Assembly: GCA_029907465.1 (NCBI GenBank)
Contig: JARYLV010000001.1
Coordinates: forward strand, 76,923-140,922
DNA length: 64,000 nt
Origin: Methanomassiliicoccales archaeon
GTDB taxonomy: Archaea > Thermoplasmatota > Thermoplasmata > Methanomassiliicoccales > JACIVX01
Reading direction: 5' to 3'
The first letter of the stretch is position 1. The number at the start of each line of letters is the position of its first letter. The notes beneath the pieces were generated by a model, which was not told where the DNA came from, made no database searches, and saw only the letters and a program-made list of their open reading frames with translations. Positions 1 through 10,313 of the stretch are shown here, one piece after another. The translations under genes and the position numbers were made by a program.

Positions 1-566
1 CGAAAGTAATCCACAATGGCGTTTCCCTTGAACTCTTCAAACCCTATGACAAAAGATTGTCGAGAGAGCTGCTTAGTATAGATTGGGATGGCCCACTCGG
101 CGTTTTCGTTGGGAGAGCAGAATACGCGAAGGGGTTCGACATCATCGAATCAATTTCGAAACTCATGCCGTCGATCAAGATACTCTGCGTGACAAATTCG
201 CCAGTGAAGAATAAAGGTCTGATAGTCATTGAAAACCTACCACACAATTTGATGCCTTTCTGTTACTCAGCATCGGACTTTTTCATTTTTCCGTCGCGGT
301 ACGAATCGGCTAGCTATTCAGCTCTTGAGGCAATGGCCTGCGATTTGCCGATCGTGGCTAGCCGTACAGGAATTTTTGAGGACATTCCAGAAGAGAAAGT
401 CGGAAAAATCGTCTTTTCTTTCAAGCCTGAGGATTATTGCCATGCAATCAAGGAGATCTTGAGGGGAGGGAAATACCCTGCGAGAGAATATGTCTCGGAG
501 CATTTCTCCTTTGAACGTTTTTCAGAAAATTACAAGAATCTGGCGAGAGAGCTTATCAAGGGATAA
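1..566 (+). CDS. Glycosyltransferase family 1 (GT4-type), C-terminal part; the 5' end lies outside the window
   Basis: The frame is open from nt 3 (KVIHNGVSLELFKP...), upstream of the ORF-track Met at 57. GT-B C-terminal signature 'PSRYESASYSALEAMACDLPIVASRTG' is present. Confidence 0.8.
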   Translation, partial: KVIHNGVSLELFKPYDKRLSRELLSIDWDGPLGVFVGRAEYAKGFDIIESISKLMPSIKILCVTNSPVKNKGLIVIENLPHNLMPFCYSASDFFIFPSRYESASYSALEAMACDLPIVASRTGIFEDIPEEKVGKIVFSFKPEDYCHAIKEILRGGKYPAREYVSEHFSFERFSENYKNLARELIKG

Positions 567-1053
567 ACGTAGGCTTGTCTCTCAAGAAATAATAATTTGT
601 TGTCGATTAGTGGCGGAAAGATGCCCATTCCATTGATTTAGAAAGAAGGTGATAAGAGTCGATTTCTACAAACAGAGAAAGAGTTTTTTCCCATAAATTT
701 TGGAATTGGGTTCTCTTTTTGGCATATGTAGTATCTAAAATTGTAATCAAAAATGATAACCGAATGCAAAATTTCTTAGGCTATTTTGTTGAAAGAAGAC
801 CGAGAAAAACCATTATCAACTATGATAACAATAGGTGCTCGGGATGCACCGATTAAACGCTTACACAAATCTTGAAAAATGAAAAAGGAATGCGGTCGGC
901 TTGGCTCGGCAAACAATGAGGTTATCTTGCCGGAACATCGAGAAATCACGCGACTGTGATCTTCATTTGAGGCGTAGCCAGGCAACTGAGATTTAAAGCA
1001 AATATCCAGAAGTGTCGAACAATGTCAGACTTCAGGTCTTAACATAGAGCGAT

Positions 1054-4000
1054 GTGGGGAGCGAGATGCAGAAGGGAGTGATTGTAAAAAGGACCTCAAC
1101 GCGTCGTTTGCCACAACTGCAAACCGTTACCAGGCGATCCCATAGAAATGCTGTTTCAATGAATCGTCGAAATCCTGATAACGCTCAAACAATCTCGCCA
1201 TATTTGAAGAAGCTTGTTCATAGCTTGCCCTCAATCCTCCCTAAGATCTGTGCAATTGCTCTCGTTTTGGTAATGACATTGGGCCCTTACGATTTACTTA
1301 TTATGGGCTCGCATGGAAACACAATTTCTGAATCAATAGGCGATACCTCTGCGACAAACTTTGAAAAAATAAATCATGAGGATTTTTCAATCGGTGTAAG
1401 ATCAGCAAATTTGACCATATCAACCGGAGAAAAATTGATCACCGTCTTGACTGAAGAGTACAAACTTGTTGTTGAATACGCTACATATTTCGTCAATTAT
1501 ACGATCCACCCGTATTTCACAACCGATTTCATTTGGTATCGGAGAATGGATCCATATTATCCCGGCAATGGAACAACAGATCACTTGGGCAACCCAATAG
1601 ACAACGTCAAGATGACGATTTCAAAATGGGGAAGAAATGGAAACATTGTCTGGTTTCTTGAGTCTTGTCCAGAATTCAGCCTGAACCAGAGTTTCAATTT
1701 TTTCAGAGACTACTTTGAACTCAATGTCACATATATCCCAGGGACTAAGAAAGTCGTGACGACGTATTTCATCGGTTTGTTTTCAGCATCTCGTACACTC
1801 TACAGCCTCGTGAGCGATTCAACTGGTCGGTACAATAGATACGTTCCTGGAGCACCTGAAAATACACCATCATCGAATGTGATAGGTGGTTGGTATCCGC
1901 GTAACGGGATGTTCGCACCAGCATGCGATATGAGAGCGTACGGAAGCAGTCTGGGGGTTGAGTGGGGATACAATGAGACCGTGGCGTACATCGCCTCCCC
2001 TCAATGGATGCAACCGAAGAATCCCACAAACGGCGGACCTTCTGTTTTCGGACTTAAATTCTCGTCAATCAATAGCGTTGTGCCAAATCCTGCACTCGGC
2101 ACAAGCAAGACATTCCAGATGTTTGTTAGACCCTACCAGTATACCGATGGAAAGCCCAGAGGGTATGATGTCGGATACGCCCAGTGGATAGGAGCTAAAA
2201 TCGCGAACGCATGGGGAAATCATGACACGCCCATCTTTCCCCTCACCATTATGGATTTGGGAAGCTGGACATCGACCTTCAGAAATTGGGTGGAAAACAG
2301 TCAGGTAAAAGTGGCCACCTATTCAAACAACCCTGCACAGATCAATTGGAATTACAAATCGGCGTCAAGAGCGAACTACAAACCAGATGATCCCACACAC
2401 GTTCCGACGGCATGGCAGATATACAAGAGTCCAGGGACGCCATACACCGATTCAAGTGGTAGCGTCATCTGTAGCCCAGTAAGCGGTCCATACAACCAAC
2501 AAGGCACTTTCCGATGGCATCTAATCATGAACGATTCTTCGCCTTCGTGGTGGTGGGGTTCAAAGGGCGTCTTTTGGGATATGATGGACTCAACGGACAG
2601 TCTCAATCAACCACGCAATGATTACCAGCAGAGGCCAGAGTTCGTTTTTCTGGGCTATCTTCATCTCGTTAAGGAATCGTACGCATCTGGTTATTGGGAT
2701 TACGTGATCACAAACTCATACATGCCTGTGATACATCTTGCGATTGCAAGCGACCTTACTGTCATGGAAGGGTATGAACCCTCGAGCGCATTCGGCGTTT
2801 CGATGAAAGCCCAGACAATTTCCACAATGAACTTTGTGAAGAATATACCAAAAGAATACAGGCCAAATATACTTGTATATCAGTATTATGATGCAACCGA
2901 TAATCCAAGTGACCAAGTAGATGTTTACAGTGCCCTATTTGGTGCTGCTAGATACGGTTTTTACATCACTCTGTACTCATATTCCTCATACGACAGCCAA
3001 ATGCACAATCTAGTGATGGCTGAAGAAATGTTCAAAGCGATGGGGACTGGCAGAGATGATGATGAAAGGATTGAAGTAGCGACCCTTGATCTAGGTTCAG
3101 AAGGTTCCTCCATTACGACCAATGCGTCGATGGTAGTAACACTTGGTAGCGGATCCCCAACAGTTACATTCCTCTCGTCATTCGATAAATACACAATTAC
3201 AAATCTCCATTCTGGATCAAACCAGTTCACCTTCGTCCTGCCAACTACCAAATTATACGAAAAAGGAAACGATATTGAAAGCGATGGTCGCATGACCTTT
3301 TTCCCGGATGGGAAAGCAGTTTTTCGAGGAACGATAAGCCCGGAGAAGACTGGACATATTCTTGGAAGAAACGATGTCTTTGTCTATCACCAAGTATCAG
3401 GTAATGTGACTGTTAATCTGGTACAAAAGAACAACAGCTATGCAAAACTCAACGTGAGCGCCACTGGTGGAACAACGATGATAAAGCTCGCAGGCTTTAC
3501 ACCCGGACAGACCTATGACATTGTTATCAATGGGCAAGTTCTCTACAAGGTCTCTGCCGATAACCAAGGCATTGTCCAGTTTACGCACGCGTATGGCATC
3601 GAGAATCAGGTCATCGTCCAGAAAGGTAGCGCCACCGACACTACAGCTCCGACTGTGGTTTCGACAACACCAGCAGATGGGGAAAGAGATGTCGAAGTAA
3701 CAGAAAAGATCACTGTCTTTTTCAGTGAGGCAATGAACACTACTGCAACAGAGATGGCTTTCAGCCTCATGAGAAAGGGTTCAACAGTCTCTGGATCCGT
3801 CCAATGGAACTCCCAGAAAACGACGATGACGTTCACGCCATCAACTCTTCTCGAATACTCAACAACCTATTTCATCAATATTTCTACAGGAGCGAAGGAC
3901 GTTGCGGGAAACAGGCTCATTTCGTCAATTTCGTATTCGTTTACGACAAAGGGAACCGACGAAACGACACCACCGAGAATCACTGATGTATATCCAAAAA

Positions 4001-7000
4001 AAGGTAGCACAGATGTCACGCTCGGCACCATGATCGTATTGACATTCAGTGAGCCTATGAACACCACAATCACATCTCGATCGTTTCACCTCACCTCGCA
4101 ACAGGGAGAGACCTCCGGAAAATTTGAGTGGCTTGACAACAATACAACCCTCATATTCACCCCTGCTGGTGGCCTCCTTCCGTCAACGACCTACATGCTC
4201 CTCGTCGAATCGAGAGCATCGGATATTTTTGGGAATAACTTAACGGAGCCTTTCACGAGCACATTCCGCACGGTGGAAGACAAAACTGACGATATTCCGC
4301 CATCCATTCAATCAACGATCCCAGTGGCGGGGGCTGAAGGAGTCGATGTCACACAGGACATCATCATCGTTTTTAGTGAGCGGATGAATAAGACGTCGGT
4401 CGAAAACGCATTTTCACTGGAATCATCTTCCCAGCAGGTGCACGGGATCTTCTTGTGGGATTCCAATGCTCAAGTCCTCGTATTTACACCACACTCGCAA
4501 CTAGAGTATAATACAACCTACAATTTGACGGTTCAATCGAGCGCAAGAGACATTGCTGGGAATGCTCTTGCTTCAAAATTTGAGTCCGCATTTACGACGG
4601 AAAATGGCCAAACGACGAACGCTCCCACAGTGATCGACATATATCCATTTGACGGGTGCACCGATGTCCAGCTCTCGAGCAATATTATCGTGACTTTTGA
4701 TAAAATCATGGATGTAGCAAAGACTAATGAAGCAATCCATGTCATTAGGTCCGGGGTAGAGCTCACTGGTGAGAAATACTGGATGGCAAAAAATACGACG
4801 TTGGTATTCGTACCCGCGACAATGCTAACTCCAGCTTCAGAGTACACCGTAACCGTTTCGGCGTCCGCTACAGATATCTTCGGAAACCCACTTGGCAGAG
4901 ATTTTTCAAGCAGGTTCACAACGACATCTAGCCAGCAAGATACCGTTCCTCCGATTATTCTGCACCAGCCAACTTCTAACGCCGAGGTCGGAAGGGTTTA
5001 CGAGTTGAGGGCAAACGTGACTGATGTGAATAAACTTTCATTCGTCAAACTTTCGTATATTGATGTGGACGGGATTTATCACGAGGTTGCCATGGGACTT
5101 GGACAGTACTGCTTTGACGCAACGATCCAAGCGCAAACAAAAGAGGGGACGATCCGATATCGCATTCTCGCAGCCGACGAATACGGAAATCTGGCAACGA
5201 CGCAAGAGTACTCTATTCTTGTGCGAGATACGACTTCTCCAGAAATCCAGATCGTGTCCCCGCTTCCAGGTTCTAAAATAATAGAGATCACGAATATTGA
5301 AACAATAGCTCGAGACAATTATGGTATAAGATCTGTAGAGTTTTATGTTGATGATGCCCTGGTAGCAAATGACGGACAGGAACCTTACGTGGCACCATTC
5401 AATCCGAGGGACTTCAAGGAAGGTGCACACAGGTTGCTTGTCAAGGCGATCGACCTAGTTGGCCTCGGAGCTGAGTCATCACTCGACATAATCGTTGAGC
5501 ATGTGGATACTGAGGCACCGAGCATTGTAAACGTTTTTCCTCCCAACGGAATGACTGACGTGCCAGTTAACACGAGCATCACGATTACATTTAGCGAGGC
5601 GATGGATCACCAGAGTACGGAAGCTGCCATAGAGATCGAAGGTGGCGATCAATTCATCGAGTTCTATGTCGATTGGCAAAGCGATTCGTATCTGATCATC
5701 ACACCAGTAAACCCACTTAATTTTTCGACTCTTTATTACATAAATATCAGTGCGACAGCGATGGATTTATTTGGCAATAGATTGATCTCAGCATGGCAGA
5801 CAGTCTTCAAAACATTAGAGATCCCAGACACAAATCCACCATATGTTGTCAGTCACAGTCCAAATAATGGCCAAACGATGATCAACCTTGACGAAAAGGT
5901 CGTTGTAGTATTTAGCGAGAGCATGAACGCTACTTCTGTTGAAAGAGCTTTTCTCATGAGAAGCGGATCAGAAAAGATTGCGGGGCAATTTATATGGTCA
6001 GAGAGCAACATAGTGATGACCTTCGTGCCAGATAACTTCCTAAACATTTCGACAACATATCAGATTACGATATCTAAGAATGCAAAAGATCTTGCAGGTA
6101 ATGGATTGCTGGTTGATCTCTCATTCTCCTTCACCACTTATTCGTCAATGGAGAACGGGAGTATTTCGGGAATCGTCGTCTTCGATTCAAAACCTGTTGA
6201 GGGGGTCATCGTCACCGATGGATCAAGATATGTGGCTACTGGTCCAGATGGAAGATTTTTGATTCTAGATGTACCGCCCGGAAAGTACACGATCACCGTA
6301 GCGAAATTCGGGTATGCATGTAATAAATTGGTATCAGTGACGGTCGAGAGAGGAGTCTCCATTTCCGGGATAATTTTCGACATCGAAGAGTCGCCCGGTA
6401 ACTCTACGATTACTGGTATCGTCGTCAGCAAGAACGGATATCCCATTCCATCCGCCACGATCACACTGAAGGGGTTCACGGAAAAGACGTTTACCGATGA
6501 GAATGGAAGATTCATCATAACTGGCGTTCCACCTGGAAACTATTGGATAAAGGCATCAAAGCTTTTCCACAAGAGTACCACCATTTCGGATATCAACATC
6601 AAGGCGGGAGAGGATTTAGAAATCGTTCTCATCTCTTTGACATCCAATTTTGAATCGACCACACCACAATCTTATGGTGAAAATACAAACCCCGCAGACG
6701 GTGGTGTTATCTTATCAATCGCAATGGGGGCTGGAGCACTCGCTCTGGCAGGAGCCATGATCATGAAAAAGCCATGGCGTTCCGAAAAAACAAGAACAAA
6801 TGCCAGGTATGAATTTGAAAGAGATGCGTCAGACGAATCCTCGAAAGAGATTAGAATAGCCCAAATAAGGCGAATCGACCAACAATTCGAAAACAACACG
6901 TTCTTGCAAGATCAGAAGAAAGAGAACCTGGAAAGAGATGATGGGCAGAAAACAACGGATTTTGTGCGGATCAAGAGCAACATCGATCCAAAAGGAGAGG

Positions 7001-7044
7001 AGGATTTCGAACGGGGATTAAAGGAATTAGAACGACTTGTCTGA
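1054..7044 (+). CDS. Giant surface (S-layer-like) glycoprotein candidate. It has an N-terminal signal-anchor, a ~770-aa unassigned ectodomain, tandem SbsA/Big_5-like Ig modules, two carboxypeptidase-regulatory-like domains, a C-terminal TM helix and a charged ~90-aa tail.
   Basis: 1,996-aa ORF with a GTG start at 1054 (alternative ATG at 1066). Hydrophobic segment 'ICAIALVLVMTLGPYDLLIMG' lies near the N-terminus. Repeated 'D-x-T-x-P-x-(V/I)...P..G..DV....I.(V/I).FSE.MN.T' modules are present. 'GSISGIVV...GPDGRFLILDVPPGKYTITV' and 'STITGIVV...DENGRFIITGVPPGNYWIKA' match the CarboxypepD_reg pattern. TM 'GGVILSIAMGAGALALAGAMIMKK' is encoded at about nt 6700-6770. There are dozens of N-x-S/T sequons. 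Confidence 0.8.
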   Translation: MGSEMQKGVIVKRTSTRRLPQLQTVTRRSHRNAVSMNRRNPDNAQTISPYLKKLVHSLPSILPKICAIALVLVMTLGPYDLLIMGSHGNTISESIGDTSATNFEKINHEDFSIGVRSANLTISTGEKLITVLTEEYKLVVEYATYFVNYTIHPYFTTDFIWYRRMDPYYPGNGTTDHLGNPIDNVKMTISKWGRNGNIVWFLESCPEFSLNQSFNFFRDYFELNVTYIPGTKKVVTTYFIGLFSASRTLYSLVSDSTGRYNRYVPGAPENTPSSNVIGGWYPRNGMFAPACDMRAYGSSLGVEWGYNETVAYIASPQWMQPKNPTNGGPSVFGLKFSSINSVVPNPALGTSKTFQMFVRPYQYTDGKPRGYDVGYAQWIGAKIANAWGNHDTPIFPLTIMDLGSWTSTFRNWVENSQVKVATYSNNPAQINWNYKSASRANYKPDDPTHVPTAWQIYKSPGTPYTDSSGSVICSPVSGPYNQQGTFRWHLIMNDSSPSWWWGSKGVFWDMMDSTDSLNQPRNDYQQRPEFVFLGYLHLVKESYASGYWDYVITNSYMPVIHLAIASDLTVMEGYEPSSAFGVSMKAQTISTMNFVKNIPKEYRPNILVYQYYDATDNPSDQVDVYSALFGAARYGFYITLYSYSSYDSQMHNLVMAEEMFKAMGTGRDDDERIEVATLDLGSEGSSITTNASMVVTLGSGSPTVTFLSSFDKYTITNLHSGSNQFTFVLPTTKLYEKGNDIESDGRMTFFPDGKAVFRGTISPEKTGHILGRNDVFVYHQVSGNVTVNLVQKNNSYAKLNVSATGGTTMIKLAGFTPGQTYDIVINGQVLYKVSADNQGIVQFTHAYGIENQVIVQKGSATDTTAPTVVSTTPADGERDVEVTEKITVFFSEAMNTTATEMAFSLMRKGSTVSGSVQWNSQKTTMTFTPSTLLEYSTTYFINISTGAKDVAGNRLISSISYSFTTKGTDETTPPRITDVYPKKGSTDVTLGTMIVLTFSEPMNTTITSRSFHLTSQQGETSGKFEWLDNNTTLIFTPAGGLLPSTTYMLLVESRASDIFGNNLTEPFTSTFRTVEDKTDDIPPSIQSTIPVAGAEGVDVTQDIIIVFSERMNKTSVENAFSLESSSQQVHGIFLWDSNAQVLVFTPHSQLEYNTTYNLTVQSSARDIAGNALASKFESAFTTENGQTTNAPTVIDIYPFDGCTDVQLSSNIIVTFDKIMDVAKTNEAIHVIRSGVELTGEKYWMAKNTTLVFVPATMLTPASEYTVTVSASATDIFGNPLGRDFSSRFTTTSSQQDTVPPIILHQPTSNAEVGRVYELRANVTDVNKLSFVKLSYIDVDGIYHEVAMGLGQYCFDATIQAQTKEGTIRYRILAADEYGNLATTQEYSILVRDTTSPEIQIVSPLPGSKIIEITNIETIARDNYGIRSVEFYVDDALVANDGQEPYVAPFNPRDFKEGAHRLLVKAIDLVGLGAESSLDIIVEHVDTEAPSIVNVFPPNGMTDVPVNTSITITFSEAMDHQSTEAAIEIEGGDQFIEFYVDWQSDSYLIITPVNPLNFSTLYYINISATAMDLFGNRLISAWQTVFKTLEIPDTNPPYVVSHSPNNGQTMINLDEKVVVVFSESMNATSVERAFLMRSGSEKIAGQFIWSESNIVMTFVPDNFLNISTTYQITISKNAKDLAGNGLLVDLSFSFTTYSSMENGSISGIVVFDSKPVEGVIVTDGSRYVATGPDGRFLILDVPPGKYTITVAKFGYACNKLVSVTVERGVSISGIIFDIEESPGNSTITGIVVSKNGYPIPSATITLKGFTEKTFTDENGRFIITGVPPGNYWIKASKLFHKSTTISDINIKAGEDLEIVLISLTSNFESTTPQSYGENTNPADGGVILSIAMGAGALALAGAMIMKKPWRSEKTRTNARYEFERDASDESSKEIRIAQIRRIDQQFENNTFLQDQKKENLERDDGQKTTDFVRIKSNIDPKGEEDFERGLKELERLV
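3637..4935 (+). repeat. Four tandem protein-level Ig-like (SbsA/Big_5-type) modules of 107-110 aa inside the surface-protein gene
   Basis: Module starts are at nt 3637 (DTTAPTVVSTTPADGERDV), 3958 (DETTPPRITDVYPKKGSTDV), 4288 (DDIPPSIQSTIPVAGAEGVDV) and 4615 (TNAPTVIDIYPFDGCTDV). Each module continues with '..I.V.FSE.MN.T' and ends '...F.T'. Confidence 0.8.
5506..6145 (+). repeat. Two further Ig-like modules of the same type, following two different Ig-like domains at 4939-5500
   Basis: Module starts are at nt 5506 (DTEAPSIVNVFPPNGMTDV...ITFSEAMDHQS) and 5827 (DTNPPYVVSHSPNNGQTMI...VVFSESMNATS). Confidence 0.75.
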
Positions 7045-7122
7045 TACAATCCTCCCTAAGAGGAATTGATGCGGGGACATTGAATATAAGAGATGGGGTC
7101 CTACGGCTACCTCAAGAAGCAG

Positions 7123-7929
7123 TCAAAGGATCATCGCAAGGCCGATAATGAGGCCACATTCCAATGATCTAGAAATGCCATTGAGGACGACACAATGAAA
7201 CTTCGAATAGAGCCACCCCAAAATGATTGCGAAGATAAAAACGACAAGGCAAAACTCAATCAAGCCCCACAGAGCGCTTAGCCCGGTGTCTAGCAAAGCG
7301 GGAATGACGATTGATTGTGTCCTCGAACTAGTCGGTTCCATGTTTTTTTGCAACCCACTTCTGAAAAATACTTCCTCCATATAACCGAAAAAAATTGCTA
7401 TCGGCAACAATGGCAGAAGCAGATCCGTTCGGACAATTCGAGCTATTGTTCCATGAAGCACGGAAAAACTGACGATACCAAAGCCGATGCCAATCACGAT
7501 TGCAACAGCGATCCAATAGCGTTTATACGGCAAGCAATCAACAAATGAAACATTGGACAATAGCAGCGCTAAAAAGAACACAATTGAAAGGACAAGAATA
7601 TCGATATACGCATCCCCAGATGAGGGCAAGGAGACGGAGACAAAAGTAAATGCAGCAAGTATCGATAAGAATTTTCCAGTTTGTATTATTTCGATTTTGA
7701 GCGAGTATGCTGCCAGAGCTGTCGAAAAAATCAAAGCGATTAGCAGAGATCCGAGTGCAAAGACATAAATTACACTGTCATTTAATTTAATTGATACAAA
7801 TAATAAAAGGTCTGCTACAATAATCAATGCAAAAACCAGGTATAGCTTCCAATTCAAGGCTTTATTCTTGACTGCCGACATGTTCCCATTCAATTTCTCC
7901 CCTAATATCTTATTGGTATTCATCATCAT
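7123..7929 (-). CDS. CPBP-family intramembrane glutamic endopeptidase (CAAX-protease-like)
   Basis: 268-aa polytopic protein. It carries CPBP motif 1 'EExxxR' (YMEEVFFRSG) and an 'HxxxN' motif (FHCVVLNG). Confidence 0.7.
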   Translation of the reverse strand: MMMNTNKILGEKLNGNMSAVKNKALNWKLYLVFALIIVADLLLFVSIKLNDSVIYVFALGSLLIALIFSTALAAYSLKIEIIQTGKFLSILAAFTFVSVSLPSSGDAYIDILVLSIVFFLALLLSNVSFVDCLPYKRYWIAVAIVIGIGFGIVSFSVLHGTIARIVRTDLLLPLLPIAIFFGYMEEVFFRSGLQKNMEPTSSRTQSIVIPALLDTGLSALWGLIEFCLVVFIFAIILGWLYSKFHCVVLNGISRSLECGLIIGLAMIL

Positions 7930-7938
7930 TCCACGGAT

Positions 7939-8151
7939 TCAACGCAAGATCATTGTTACTTTGATGAAGATCAATAGGGCAACTGCGAAGGTTATTAGGA
8001 AAATAGATGGTGCCATCATTCTTGCCCTGCGGTCGATCGCCATTGATTTCACACCTTCTCTGATCAACAACAAACAAATAAGAACGAGAATACCGCCGAT
8101 TAGAACCTCGTCAAGATGCGCACCTAATAAACCAACGGGCGGCGGAAACAC
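7939..8151 (-). CDS. Small two-TM membrane protein (hypothetical)
   Basis: 70-aa ORF with two hydrophobic segments. It sits 9 nt upstream of the CPBP gene and 25 nt downstream of the DUF1616 gene on the same strand. No family was recognised. Confidence 0.35.
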   Translation of the reverse strand: MFPPPVGLLGAHLDEVLIGGILVLICLLLIREGVKSMAIDRRARMMAPSIFLITFAVALLIFIKVTMILR

Positions 8152-8176
8152 TAAATATCCCTCCTAGACTCACAAA

Positions 8177-9121
8177 TCATTCTGTTACTGTAACCCATAG
8201 CCATAACTCCTGAACCTTTTCCCCATACATCAGACGAAAAATAATCTTGTATTCTCCGGGTGTATCGATCGAAAATGTAAAGGTATTTTTCTGGCACTGA
8301 TCAGCGGACAAAACGAATTCATCGCAATAGGCAATACCAGATTGCAAGGTTGTTGCGTTATTCCAATCGATTTTATCGTAAGATGTGATAGAAGACAGAT
8401 CACCGATTCCAATTGTTAAATTATAGCTCATTTCGGTGTTCATCTTGTTGGTTATTGCGACTATGAGAGCTGACACGTCCCCAACTCTAACTGAACTTGG
8501 CAATTCATTAAGATCGCCTTCTACACCTTTGAGTTCCATAATCGCATCTCGACCTTCATACGGGCTGTAGCCAGGTCCGATTATAGCCACTGCAAGTGCC
8601 GTTGCAAACGCTAGAATAATGAAAATCAGAATAACCTTTTCCCCCTTTGTGAACTTCATGCGTGGAAGACTGACTTCGATGACAAGTTTCAATTGTTCAT
8701 CAGGTGGTATCTTTGATCGTACATGATAGGCTATAGCTGAACAAGCAAATGTTAATAGAAGGATTTCCGTGGTGACGGTTCGCCAATCTAGTAAATTAGA
8801 CATTGCGAGCGCAGTGCCGATGAGAGAAAGAACTATCAGACTGATAACAACACTGATTGCAAATCTCTCAAGGAAAGATATGCGCATCTTCATTCCTTTG
8901 GAACTTGAAGAAAAAGCACGTGAAATTGGCAAATCGTTGCGAGGGAAGATTATAGCCGTGATTACATACCCTGGGAAAAAGAAGATTGAGAACGTCGCCA
9001 AAAGCCAATTGATAGGGTGACCTGGTACGACCGCTGAAAGACCACATGCTACAACAACGGTAGAACATGCGATGAGGAGATCATACGGCTTACCTGGCGC
9101 TGCAATCGTGATAGTTGGCAC
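8177..9121 (-). CDS. DUF1616-type archaeal membrane protein (N-terminal TM bundle plus C-terminal extracellular beta domain)
   Basis: The N-terminus 'DLLIACSTVVV...LLATFSIFFFPGYVITAIIFPRNDL' matches my memory of the DUF1616 N-terminal pattern. A beta-rich C-terminal ~130 aa follows the last TM helix. Confidence 0.6.
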   Translation of the reverse strand: MPTITIAAPGKPYDLLIACSTVVVACGLSAVVPGHPINWLLATFSIFFFPGYVITAIIFPRNDLPISRAFSSSSKGMKMRISFLERFAISVVISLIVLSLIGTALAMSNLLDWRTVTTEILLLTFACSAIAYHVRSKIPPDEQLKLVIEVSLPRMKFTKGEKVILIFIILAFATALAVAIIGPGYSPYEGRDAIMELKGVEGDLNELPSSVRVGDVSALIVAITNKMNTEMSYNLTIGIGDLSSITSYDKIDWNNATTLQSGIAYCDEFVLSADQCQKNTFTFSIDTPGEYKIIFRLMYGEKVQELWLWVTVTE

Positions 9122-9163
9122 TTTTTCAGCCTGAGTAGAAATCGCGGTATTATTTCAAGTAAT

Positions 9164-10312
9164 CTACTGTCGGGACTTCGCAATCAATGAATCTATGATA
9201 TTGTGCACCCGTTTTCCTACTACCTCCCATGAGTACTTTTCATCAATGAGTCTGCGCCCTTCGGAACCAATCCTCTCTCGAAGTGCGTCGTCGGTGAGTA
9301 ACCTCATGAATTCGTTCAGGAACGAGGATTTGTCTCTTGCGACGAGGCAATTCAATTCGTGCTTCAGCTCTGGCATTCCTACCGTTGCAACTTCTGTGAG
9401 AATTGTCGGCTTTCCTGCTGAAAGCATGTCTACAACCTTTGTGAGAACTCCGACTCCGCGCCAAAGCGGGGCAATGCATATATCAGAAGCGTGAAGCCAT
9501 AGGCAAAGACCTGGGTCAAAGGGAACGAACCCAAGATGTTTGACATTTTCTGGCAGTCTCTCAGGTTTTGCCCCGCCCCCAGCGATGCAAAAAACTACTG
9601 ACGGAAATTCTTTTTCTACTCTTTTTGACAACACTTCGATAATAAAATTGACCGCCTCCATGTTCGGCTCATAGCTGAGAGTTCCAAAAAAGAGGACAAT
9701 CACTGTATCGCGCGGAATGCCAAGAATCTCCCTCACCATTTCTTTCGACTTCGCATTTCTATCCATTATCTCTGTATCGGCGCAGATCGGAATAATGTGA
9801 AACTTATCCATCGAAAAACCCATTCGGGCATATTCGTCAAAGTCTGTTTTTGAAACCACAAAAATTTTCGAAACGACTTTGTGAAGATACTTTTCCATTA
9901 AAATGTTCGCCGTTGAAAAGACTCTTGATTTCCCCATCGCCTCAGAGTACAATTTTACGTTCCCATGGTTGTCCCATACGGAAGGCTTTCCACTAATTTT
10001 AGCAGCAAGCGCTGATGCCAATGCAAAGTATGAGTTCTCAGCGAAAACGAGGTCGATGCCATTCGTTCTGATTGCTTTGATAGTCCCGAGAAAAAGCAGA
10101 AACTCGTCAATTGTGAAGAAAAAATACCTCAGGAATTTATTGTATTTTTGATCGTAGACCAGATGATTTAATTTACTAGGAGAAATGGGATAAATATCAT
10201 AATATTTGGAAAGTGCAAGGAACATTTTTGGAACACGCTCGTTTGTGGTCACGGGCAGGGAAACAGCTGGAACGAATGCGATTCTCTTCCTCTTGGAGTT
10301 GAAGTGCTGCAA
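9164..10312 (-). CDS. Glycosyltransferase family 1 (GT4-type)
   Basis: 382-aa GT-B architecture with a C-terminal 'GVGVLTKVVDMLSAGKPTILTEVATVGMPEL' block. The start is TTG at 10312, immediately after the stop of the upstream gene. Confidence 0.8.
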   Translation of the reverse strand: MQHFNSKRKRIAFVPAVSLPVTTNERVPKMFLALSKYYDIYPISPSKLNHLVYDQKYNKFLRYFFFTIDEFLLFLGTIKAIRTNGIDLVFAENSYFALASALAAKISGKPSVWDNHGNVKLYSEAMGKSRVFSTANILMEKYLHKVVSKIFVVSKTDFDEYARMGFSMDKFHIIPICADTEIMDRNAKSKEMVREILGIPRDTVIVLFFGTLSYEPNMEAVNFIIEVLSKRVEKEFPSVVFCIAGGGAKPERLPENVKHLGFVPFDPGLCLWLHASDICIAPLWRGVGVLTKVVDMLSAGKPTILTEVATVGMPELKHELNCLVARDKSSFLNEFMRLLTDDALRERIGSEGRRLIDEKYSWEVVGKRVHNIIDSLIAKSRQ

Positions 10313-10313
10313 T

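Noticed and set aside
776-985. 69-aa minus-strand ORF in the spacer upstream of the surface-protein gene
   Set aside because: It has no recognisable motif, start context or neighbouring same-strand gene. It more likely falls within the promoter/5' region of the 1054 gene.
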